From contig OZ336871.1 in the NCBI GenBank assembly GCA_965287045.1, positions 53,816,001 through 53,880,000 of the forward strand: a stretch of DNA of 64,000 nt, in the 5' to 3' direction. A model generated the notes under the pieces. The model did no database searches and had not been told where the DNA came from. It saw nothing but the letters and a program-made list of their open reading frames with translations. Source of the DNA: Carcharhinus amblyrhynchos. Its lineage: Eukaryota. Made by a program: the position numbers and the translations under genes. Below, one piece after another: positions 11,800 to 23,290 of this stretch. Positions within the stretch are counted from its first letter, which is position 1; each line of letters begins with the position of its first letter.

Positions 11800-14700
11800 T
11801 ACGAATAGTCAAATTCCAACACATGTACAGTTCTCTTCATAATAAAGAAGGGCGCCTCTGAGAACCGAAAGCGGGCGGTTTAGATCGACCTGCGGTTTTA
11901 ACAGCAGCTTTGACAACCAGCTTCACCAGAACCCCGGAATAGGCATGATAGCGGGCCAGGGGTGAGCTGAAGACGCCACCTACATGGAATCCCTGACATG
12001 CCCAGCTAATGTGAGCAATCAAGCGTTCCCCAAAAGAGACAAGGACGCGGCTTTGTCTGATAAAATCAGACTGAGTGTTAGGAAGAATAAGTTTTTAACT
12101 GTACGTTATGCGTCTTTACTACGCGTTGAGCAAAATCTAGTTTATTTCCTTTCTCTCGCCACGACCCGGCTGAATTCTCAGTAATAATGCTGCTGTGTGT
12201 TCTAACGCAGTTTGCCGATGATGTTTCAAAGGCAGTAAGAAAAAGGAACGGTGCAGCTATTTAATAACCACCCAAACGAAAAGAGAAGCTGGCGATTGCG
12301 TTTCCGATTAAATAAAAGCCCATGCATGGGCCAACCTCTCTTCAGTATCTTAGTCGCTTCGCCATTTTCTATCCATCTGCATTTCCCAATTATCAGCCCA
12401 CTATTCAAAGATCGCTGTTTTTTTTACTGTGGCTTTCAATTACCGATTCTAGATCAAATTGACCCGTCCCTTCATTTTCTAGTCTTTAATCGTATAATTA
12501 TTTCCAAGGAGGTGGTCATGTGAAACTAAAGAGATGGTTTCAGAAATGAAGTTGACCTACCTTGTTGTTGTAAGATCAGGCATACAGTGCGGACATTCGG
12601 CTGATATTCGATGTGAATGAAATGCAATGTAAATACAGAACTTTAAGGACATCAGTGAATTATTGCGGCGTAGGCTATTTTCCTGCAGGAGTCCAACTCA
12701 ACGGGAGGGCTGAGACCCGGATGAAGCTGAATTTCAGCACACTGATGTGTACTTCGAAGCTTTGTCGCAGTTATTATCAGAAACGGAATCGCATTTAAAA
12801 CTCTTTTTGTTAAGATTCTTTTTTCTTTTTTTTAAAAAAAGCAAGCGCCAAAATGAGATTGTGGTAAGAGAAAGTCTTCAGTTGAGTTATTTGACAGCTT
12901 TGCAATTTAAGGGCGAGCAGCCTGCTTAACATTGAACTTCAACTCTGAGAAAATGTTCCACAAGCCTGCGAAATGTACTTTTTACAGATACGAGCCATAT
13001 TGAAGCTTAAGTCAAATGTTCATTTTGGGGGAAAAAAAAACATTTGGGCGAGCCCAGTCGACACTTGTAAAGCCGATCGTGTCATTAATTGTAATGTAAT
13101 GAATCGCTGAATTAAAATATAATTTGTCGTGCATTGAGTCATTCATTCTAAAATATCACTACCCACCGGTTAAAAGTTGATAACTTTATTTGTGGCCAAT
13201 AGATTTTTATTGTTACCCTAAATGTAATCAATACGGGTTGGAAACGGCCAGCCATATTGTCCTTTACAGATTTTTTTGCCAGAAATTGCATTCGCATTAG
13301 TTCTTTAGTTCCTTCCAGGAATTACATTGTGCACGTTGCTTATCACGGTGCAAATGAAGACACGTATGTCTTAATTGTCTGGCAAAATAAAAGCACTTAA
13401 CGATATTACAGCCCAATCCAATTCTTTAACATGGAATGATTTCACTTATTGCTGCACCATCACTTTTTTGGGGGGAAAAAAGGGTTGCAAATCAGAAGAG
13501 CATCTTCATGGATAAGTGAAAGTAAACATTTCCTGATCAACCTCTACATATACGTAGGAAAATTTCACAGGAGTTATTGTTAGATCTTAGTTGCTGCCTT
13601 TTAACCGAACTCCTCCACACGGTTGTCATACTTTATCATAATTATTGATTCAAACATTCGCTGACTTTGAAATCGACTGGGCGAGCTGCGAGTATTAAAA
13701 CGTTCATATATTTTCAAGGAAACGTCATTCCACGTTTGAAATCAATGGTGTGAAATGGAATAAACATCAAACCAAAACCGTTTCTTGGAGGTGGTAACCG
13801 TGGGGCGGGCGGGGATGGTTACTGTTGTGGGGAGCTCTGCAATGATATTATTTTTCCCGGATTACTAAAAAACACATGAATCTCAGAATCCAAATTGCAT
13901 ATATCGGCCCCAGAGAAGTGCGCGTCTTTGAACGAAAATGCCTCTTGTTTTTTATGTGGGTGGCTGTTTTGTGGCCTTGTTCAGTGGCAAGGACAAGACA
14001 ACGGTTACTTGTCGGCCATTTTTATGCCGAGTGTCTCGGAAATTCTGCAGAAAGTTCATTCAAGAGAAGGTACTTCAAGAAACGACCACTTTTCTGAAAT
14101 AAAAACGCCTTTTGTTGATCAAGAACGTTTTAAATTAAGATTTTAAAATGTCCCACGTAATAGAAGGCACAGCCCCCAAATGGGTCATACTTGAAGATGA
14201 AAACTAAGCCAGAGTTGTATCGTATTGTCCCATTGTTATTTTAGCTGGGCCACAGTAAATTTATTTAAATGGTCCTGCAATGAGAGATTGTACCCAGCAA
14301 ATTGTGATCTACAAATAAGCAAAATTAATATTTCAAACTTGTTTTTCTAACGTTATCTTTGTCTTCAGTATAACAGTAGTAGTCTCGCAGAGATAGGCAC
14401 ATTTAGTAAGGATTGGCGTGAAGGTAACAAGGTTTGTAAATTATTAGTGAGCAATTTACACCTCTGAGTAATTTGAGAGGACTTCCTTCTTTTTCTCTGA
14501 AATAATACCAGCTAGGAGAGCGTGCCTGTATCCATATCTATGTATCTATATCTATGTTTGGATGTAGCCATGTGCAATTCGGAATCTACAATATTTGTTC
14601 TGGTAAATATGTACTAGTTTCATTCCGAGTTCTTTTTAACTCGTGTATATTTTCCAAATAAAATTGTTGAAACTCTTTCGCATATTTTATTGAAAAGTTT

Positions 14701-17700
14701 GATGCAATTATTTCAATAATTTCATGGAATCCAGGGTCCAAAATATTAAGCTGCCCAATACATCACGTACAACACGCTGTGTCGGTGCCTTTTTAACACA
14801 CTGCATGACAAAATAAACGAGACATTAATTAATCCTGAACCTTCCCCTCTGAATAATTTAGACATAACCTTCTTAATACGGGTGCTTTATTTACAAATGC
14901 ACGTGAAAGCTCTTTCGCTTGCCCGTATTTTTCAATCTATCGCGAGGTTTTATTTTGAGCCTGGTATTCCGTTAACACTTTTACACGAAATGCTAAGTTA
15001 AGATGAGTGGGGGAGTCCATGTCATGTTTTTGAACTTGGTGGGCACGATAATAAAAAGAAAATGGAGTTATACCCTTCACTGCAGCTTTGTAGCTTAGTA
15101 CTTCAATATCGTTGTTCCAAAAAAAAATCCAGAGCAATATGCAGTCGTATCAAATTCAATGATAGTCTGCTGGTAATTTTCGGCAGTGCTCCCATTCATG
15201 AAAACAAACAGTAAAATGCCATTCTGTGTTAGCAGGACCCTCTTCCCGAATGCAATATGAGAGCCAGGCCAAGCAGCCATGAACATTGGAATAGCGAGAA
15301 GGGATACAGAGTTTCACTCCAACTGGTCGCTTTTGAACTTGGAAGATCTTTGAACTTGGCGAGAGGAAGGCAGCCTGGAATTTCAGAATATTCTCCGTTA
15401 AGAAGCGCTGTACTCACCTCCAAACGCAGCAAATCGCGAGGCACGAGCAACCGACCTATTTTCCTGTGTGTTTCGGATGGATTCTTCCAACTTTCTAATC
15501 CGCAATCTTTCAAAAGTAGCCGGTGCTGCAAAACGCACAGGTGCGGTGTGTTCCTAAAGCCTTTAAAAAAAATCTTTCCAGGGCCCAGTCGGCGCGCCCA
15601 CACAAACACACAAGCGGCAATCTTCTAATTGCACCTAATCTTTGTCAGGTTAGCATATTCCAAGCCGTGGTGTGATACAGTTGTCTCCCAGATGAACATT
15701 CAGGACCCACACACGTCGCATGTGTGCGCACTAAACTTGCAATGTGACAAAATGACTGAACCCTTTTCAACTGGAAGAACATATGGAATAACAATGAAAT
15801 AGTGAATTTGTGTTCAATGTCAACAAGAAAACTAATCGCGAATGTGTGTACCAGAGGAGAAAGAGTGAATTGCATTTTAATGAAAGCTACAATTAATGAA
15901 TTGCATGCGTGTTCTTTCTGATGCTTTATTAATGAGATATGTAAATTACTTTGGATGACAGTGACTCGGAATGCGGTTATATATAATTTCTGATTGTGCG
16001 ACTTAATAAATGTTTTGAGGTCAATGGGCAAAGTTCAGATGGTGATATGCTGCTTCATTTTTTAAGAGCGTGTTTTCACATAACTGTCAACGAATTTGCC
16101 ACTGGAACTTATATTCTATCTGCTTACATCTGCCCAAACAGAGGTGAAAAGCTAAAGTTTTACTGCGCATTCATTAACTATTTGAAACCAATCACACTAA
16201 CAAAGGGGGGGGGGGAAGCATTCTACGATATTGTATTCTATAGGCAGAGAAATAATTGCGATCACGGATTTCAAAATGCAGAATCTTCGAACTGGATTGC
16301 AGAGAACATTTTTGCCCCGTGTTATTTCGGACAACAATTAAACAGCACTATACTGCTAGAACTAAGCTTAGTTCAAGCTGATTGAAAGTGTTACAATTGG
16401 TGACAGAAATTAAGTGCACCACATTACAGAATGAAACATATTTTTTGCTTTCGTGACATGCAATCACTATTGCAATCTCAGAATTGGAGGTGCAAACATA
16501 GATAATTACATGTAATCTTTATTTTATGTCCAACATAGAAAGTCCGACAAGTGAAATAGGCAAACGTATGATTGGAAGGAAATCTCGAGTTTTATATTGT
16601 ACAAAATGTGTTACATGGCAGTAACGGATATATTTGAATGCGTGATATTATAATGCGTTAAGTTGAATTATAGCGACATCATTCCATAAATATATAGTTA
16701 GCTGGAATATACTTAGGAACGTTTGCAAATAGTCATTTCATTGTTTTGATTTCTGCGAAATGAAATACATTTTCGTCGAAATGCAACAGGAATGCAGCAA
16801 AGCTAATGTTTGAATTATCCCTCGTGTTATTTTGTAAACTTAACACTCAGATGAATGAAACGTTTCAGACTCAAAATGCCCGCAGCATAAACTGCCCTAA
16901 TTATTATTTCAATTGTTACTAGCTTGCTGTCTTATATGTGTGTGAATGTGCACCCATGTATCTATGTAGAAATATGAAACAAAATCGTTTATTACATGTA
17001 ATATCTAAGCATGGAATTTACCCGTTTAGCTTATCGATATGTATAAGCACACACATATGCAATAGTATTTATATTCTGTCACTAGTATGCACGCACATCA
17101 TCAATATTCGCAAATATACGTTGGTAGGTCATCTGTAAATTCAACGTTTGAGATTGCATTAATGGCATGGTATTTTAAAAATGCAGTTCTATATTTGTGT
17201 TTTACATTGGGCACATTACCAACTATGTGCTTTCCTAACTATCTAATTTCTGAAGAATTTAATTTTTCCGACCCATGATCTAGTATACTATTATTGTATT
17301 CTAGCTATCTTCTATTGCACATGGCAGGAAAGAAACGAATCAATTACCAATGTACATCCAAGCAGATTTGATTTAATTGGAACCAGATATATTACAAAAA
17401 AATCACTCCGTTTATTAAAACAAGTTCACCGCAGTTCATTCGCAGTTGGTTGCATATTTTAAAGTAAATTCAACAATTGTATAAATTGGCGAAATTTTAT
17501 TTTAAAAATTATAAACAACATTTTCAAGCAAATATATGCAGTCTTCTTTGGGGCGGGGCGGGGGTCTGTCGATGGTCGTAGGCGCGGATAGTATTAAACA
17601 TCCACTTTTAGCAATCTGTGGTTCATCGTTGAAGTCAGGTCAGGTATTTTAAGTAAATGCTGTATTGCACTGATCACACGAATCATTAAGCGCGCACTTC

Positions 17701-20172
17701 CATTGTTCCCATAATTAAAAATATTAAGTTTTAGATGAATTTATTATATGATATGAAGTTAACACGACACACAAACACATAAGTCGTTGTTTATATATCT
17801 ATATATAAATATACCCTTCATTGAATGATGTATGACCACAGAAATGATGGTATGGCTGCAGCCGCATTAAAAAAAGAAGCAAAATAAATCAAATAAACTA
17901 TTTTTTATCAAGATCAATAAACACATCGACTGCAAATTCAACAATGACTCCAACTTAATTTACTAGAAACAAAGGCACATATTTTTGCATTTCGTTCCCC
18001 CCTAAGGAAGTGAAGTTAATACCAGCAAAATGAAAGTCAAAACGATATTGAAGACATATCCTGGTCTTAATACGCCTTTAGTTCTCGACAATGACTTCTT
18101 TGTTTCGTTTTCCAATGGTCCCGAATACATCAACATATAATAGCCGATGCTATAATTATAGACGATTCAGCGCATAAAGCCTTTAAAAGTTCGTTTAATA
18201 ATGTTTCGTTTCGTGTATCTCTATCGCAATGTTATATTTTTATGGCACTCTGAAGTGACATGTGTGAGCTTCTCCACGAGGACTGCACAGGAGACCATTA
18301 TCGAGGGTATCTGCAGCGAAAATTCAATGATCCAAATGCATTATTGTTTTTACAATAAACTAGTTTAATCGCTCGTGATCGCCACTGTACTCATAAAAGG
18401 TACATGTATTTACTGTAAATAGACATTCACAGTTCAGGATGAATGCATTGGCACAGAGCGATTGGCAGGATGGAAAGCTGAATGATTATGTTCCAGACTG
18501 TCTGTTCCAATTGATTGCATTTTCTGTTTTGCTGTGCTTATACCATAAGCGTAATACTGGCAATTTAATTAATTTTACTTGAAACGTTATCTTGCGATAA
18601 ATTAATAACACGAAATGTTTCAGGTAATCAGAGATGTGTCATGAACTGCTCATTCTCATCTTTTAGCTTTAGCTTATTTTACTTAAAGCCCAAGAACGAC
18701 AAAAAAAAACATGCTAAAAGAAGATTCAGTACTTGACTAACTTGTTTGGAAAGCAATGATGATCCATCTACAAAACAATTCAACAATGGTTACCCCTAAC
18801 TAATAGACGCTGATTAACTATTTTTCTTCTATTTCCGTGTAAATAGACATCTTCCACATACTTCAACTCGGAGCATCTAAAAAACAACGATATTGTATCA
18901 CTGGACCTGCCTTGATCAGAGAGAATGTGGGTGGCTCTCCTCAAGTACTTTCCAACAAATATTTCAACGGATTTTACAAGAGGATGGCGTGATTGGCTCG
19001 AATGTGTCATGTGATGAATGTAGAATTCTTTAATCCCATAACATTTTGACAAATCAGCTTTCACTTTTCAGATGGACATTTCCAGGGTTGCGGCTCGGGC
19101 TGTGTTAAGTAAGGGCATAAGTGAAAATAAATAAATTGTTTTGGAATGTGCATTGCACACTTAACATTGATTAGAAAGAGATGGAAGAAAAATCTACTGT
19201 TTACATAAGCAAGCCTACTTAGGTTGGACGCAAGAACAAAGTGCAAAGATCGCAGTTCTATAATATTCACGTTTAAAACAGTACTATTTTTATGTCTATG
19301 AAATTCATCTGCAATTAGGTATTTTTAAGTAAATGTTTGGTTGATGCAAAGACACAAATGCAGATAGAGGCATGTTACTACTTCCGAAAAAAAAACCTTG
19401 TGGAATTTCACATTCAGTTAACCACACATTAAATTTGAGATGATGTAGACTGTATCCTTTTTGAACAGCTGAGAATAATTCTTAACATCTCGGGTTATTT
19501 CTTGCAAAATTGCCATTACTACCTCTAGCACGAAAAAGCAGAGATAAGCGACTATTTTAGTTTTGTGAAATTGCACATTGAAATATTTAATTACATGATC
19601 AGGAAAGTGTATACGAGTCTGATTGTGAGTCGATAAACTTGACTTGGATAAACAAGAGCACATAGGCACTATACAGATAGAGGCATTGAGACAGAGTGAT
19701 GCAAAAGTAAATGTGGACGGGCACGTTATAGGCTGATCAAATATATCATTAAATATATCACATATAATTAAAATAAAGCTATGTCAACTTTATCTGATCA
19801 GTTTGGTTGCCCCTTTGTTAGCTATCTTAGAAATTTAATTGAAATTTAAACCAGCCGCGAATATTAATCTACAAATCACGTTACCATAACTCTTTATTTT
19901 GATTCTACACAGCGCTTGTAATCCTAGTGCAATACCAGAAGTTAGTGGTTGTTTTTGTAGGTTTTATTATTTATAATAAGCAAATAATTCCTGACGAGCT
20001 GTTGAAATTCTTAAATAAATTCTCTAGTTCCACAATTTGGGCAATGCACAATTAATTATTCGTGTTACTGACCTACATCTGACGGTCCCAGTTCACCTTT
20101 TGCTCTTTTATTGTTGAAATAATTGTGTTTGTTTGCTTGCTCAAAGCCCGTAGAAACGGATATCCTCCGATT

Positions 20173-20191
20173 TAACAGTAGATGGCGCACT
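20173..20191 (+). promoter_or_regulatory. Candidate CTCF site just 3' of HoxA13
   Basis: AACAGTAGATGGCGCAC resembles the CTCF core CCAGYAGATGGCGC. Confidence 0.5.
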
Positions 20192-20701
20192 TGCTCTACC
20201 AATCCACTTCATGACTATTCATGAGCTGTTAATAGTCAAGGTCAAAGACTATCTGTTTTCGTCAAGGTCAAGGTTTAAGCCCCCCTCCTAACGCCCTGCC
20301 TCCATATTAAAACCAAAGAGAGAGCTTATATTTCCAATCAGAATATGGAGACTAATTTATTGCCTTTAAACTTTCAGCATATCCTAATATAAACTTAAGG
20401 ATCCACTTCCAAAAACCGTTTCTATAATAATTATCGTGATACGTTTACTGGGTTCGATTAAAAAACAGCAGAGAATATTCTCGACTATCTTCAGCTCACC
20501 GCAATTCTGTTTTGATTATTTCTAAAACTTTAGTGCGAAAGCATGATTTCAATGTATTTTAAGTGTCTACACCAACGGCCTGGTTGACATCAAGAATAAA
20601 TCTAGCTGGCCCATACATATTTCTTTACATTTTGTTTTAAAAGCTGTTAGCTGGTGTCATGTTACTTAACAAAAAAAAGACGCTGTTGTTTATGAATATC
20701 T

Positions 20702-20707
20702 TTTATT
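20702..20707 (-). terminator. Possible HoxA13 polyadenylation signal
   Basis: AATAAA on the minus strand ~1.1 kb after the stop, followed ~25 nt later by a T/GT-rich tract (20668-20680). Other AATAAA hexamers exist in the UTR (e.g. near 20829 and 21301). Confidence 0.35.
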
Positions 20708-21810
20708 CGTGAAATAATCTGTTGTAATGCAAGTAATTCACTAGATGAAAAAGACAATAGGTTATACAAATTAAACAGCTGCATAATAATAATGCAAGAC
20801 ATTTTAATTTCATGATTATCATTCGTGATTTATTTTTTAACTATTATTGGTATATATTAACTAAGCAGGAGGGTGCATGCAGATATAATAATGCAGTATT
20901 TAAAAAAAATACAATTGCACGCAGATGTTATCATCTTTAGGAAGAAAGCTTGTGCGCCTTAAGTCTGCGTGAAGACTAATGCTATGTGAAGTGGATAATA
21001 TAACAAGCAGACAGAAGACTTCATATTTAGTTCATTTACACGGGAGGGGGTGGGTTCCATGTTTGCAGACAGATCTTTCTTCCGCTCTGTAGAAAATGGC
21101 AATCTACTCTGCTATTTAATTACGAGAGCGTGGATGCTCCTAAATATATACAGAAGACGAAATGTAGAATGCTAGAATAGTACGCATTTACTTTCCCATA
21201 TACATTGCTATTTAGAATATAATCTTCTTTCTACCTGTACATTAATATCTTTAGAGATAGCGCATCCCATCCAAAGAAAATGTAGTGCGTAAACATACAT
21301 TTTATTATACATTTCACGATATATCCCATAGTTTACCTGAGGAAAAAAAATTGATCATGCACTCTAGCTTTTTGCTAGCCAGAACCTTTTCCAGCAATAC
21401 ACATTTTCTTTAGGTGCTTAAATGACTTTTGTGTGAAGGTTACTGCATAAATCAAATTGGTACATTTATTCCTCTGAAGGACACATTTTTATGCAGTAAA
21501 CAATCTACCACGCATTGTTTTCTACATTTCAAAATTGCAACCTTCTAGATTCTTGATTAATGGGCTTGATTTACTTTTGCTGAACCTTAACTTGCTTTAA
21601 CATAATCTTTATACAATGTCTCTCTCCGAGAAATTTACTGGCGTGTTTCTGTATTTTTTTCAAAAGGGAAAGCAATGAGCAGGCAGAAAGGAAAAACACA
21701 AATCTAGCATCAAGAAAATGAACTGTGGTTGGGGTTTTTTTCTTCAGGCTGAGATCAGTTATTTTTTAATTTTTTTCAGATGAAGTCCGCATGTTTCTGG
21801 GATTGTCGCA

Positions 21811-22055
21811 CTAGCTGTTACTTTTCAGCTTAGTCAGAACTTTCTTTTCTTTGACTCTTCTGTTTTGAAACCAAATAGTGACTTGTCTCTCAGAGAGGTT
21901 TGTGGATGCCGATATCCTCCTTCGTTTGTCCTTGGTGATAAATTTATTGGTGGCATATTCCCGCTCAAGTTCTTTCAACTGCACTTTGGTGTAAGGCACC
22001 CTTTTCTTTCTTCCTCGCCGGAAAGAGCTCGCGTCTGAAGGATGCGAAACGACGT
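21811..22055 (-). CDS. HOXA13: HoxA13 exon 2 (homeodomain)
   Basis: After acceptor ttcacag| reads (D)[80 protein letters not shown]-stop; PG13 homeodomain. Confidence 0.97.
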
Positions 22056-22488
22056 CTGTGAAGAAAGGGGGAAAAAAACACACACACCTTATTATCCATG
22101 GCATTGAGCACTGGCCATCGGCTTCAAACACGGTGACTGTCGCCGGAGTCAAGTTCAAGATTGCGCCATGGCGATATTATGTCGACTGCACTTTTGGCAA
22201 ATAAATTTATATAGCAGAAATTATAATTTTGAAAAAAATGTGCGAGAATCGAGAAGTGATTGTGAAAAATCCTGCAAAATAATATTTAGGTAGTACACTA
22301 TACATTAAAGTTTGTGTTAACATAGCAGTTCTGCTGTTGGGGAATTACGCAAAGCATTTCTTAATGATAATCTCTGTTACATATTATCTCCGTTACCCGT
22401 ATGTATTTACACACCAGAATGCTTTGTTCCTTTCATTGTACTACTTTCTCGTGCTGGCTGAAAGACTTTTGTGTTTATCTCTACTTAC

Positions 22489-23137
22489 CTGGCAGGCTTG
22501 ATTTCCAGAGGTGGGTAGCTTGGGGTTGCTCTTTCGAGCAGCAGACTTGACCGTTCCACCCATTGGTAATTGCCCAGGGCTGGTAGCTCTCCATGGGTAA
22601 TAATGTCTCATGTCTCGGTTCCCCCGGAGCGCTGATGGTGGGAACCACAGGTACGTCCAAGTAGCTGGGCATCGGTTGGTATGGCCCCGCGTAACCTTGA
22701 TAGAAAGCGAACTCCTTAGCCCTTGAGGTGAATTCCTCGCCGGCGGACGTGTCCATGTATTTGTCGGCTGGATAGGCAGACAAGGTGGAGGGCTGCGCAC
22801 AGGACTTGATGCTGCTATGGTGGCTCATTCGGCAGGGGTAGTAACTGCTCCCAAAGTATCCATAAGGAAGGGCAGCACTGGACGAAGTTTGAGCAGCAGG
22901 ACAAGGACTACACTGTTTGACAGGTTCAGCAATGCCAGAGGCTGGCACTTCACTCGACGAGTAGGCTGAGCTGGGGGCTAGGGATGCTGGATGAGCCATC
23001 AGATTCCTGCATTGGTTCGCTGTGAAGTTCCCTCCTGAAAATCCATCCATGTTTTTATTAATTTCATCCAAGCTATTATCGTAGACGAACATCACCGTGT
23101 CGATCCAGCGGGGATGAAGTATCACGGACGCTGTCAT
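22489..23137 (-). CDS. HOXA13: HoxA13 exon 1
   Basis: [30 protein letters not shown]...KQCSPC...[13 protein letters not shown]...[12 protein letters not shown]...YLDVPVV...[13 protein letters not shown]...HLWKSSLP; donor G|GTAAGT at 22489/22488. Spliced CDS is 894 nt (297 aa). Confidence 0.97.
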
Positions 23138-23159
23138 ATCACGTCCACCATTGAGACTA

Positions 23160-23290
23160 GTGGCCGTTTTAAAAGCCCCTAAGACTGAAAAGAGATACTG
23201 AATCTCTCAGACTTAGCAGCATTGACGCGCCAGTGTCGCCGGAGCCTGCCTCCTCATTGGCTGCTAGATGTCCACGTGATATGCAAAGTA
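23160..23290 (-). promoter_or_regulatory. HoxA13 proximal promoter
   Basis: TTTTAAAA at ~23167-23174, CCAAT box (ATTGG 23256-23260) and CACGTG E-box 23273-23278 just upstream of the ATG. Confidence 0.6.

Noticed and set aside
9600-21800. Coding remnant of HoxA12 between HoxA11 and HoxA13
   Set aside because: No homeobox-like or Hox12 N-terminal sequence was recognisable by eye; only a promoter-like module at ~19.0 kb.
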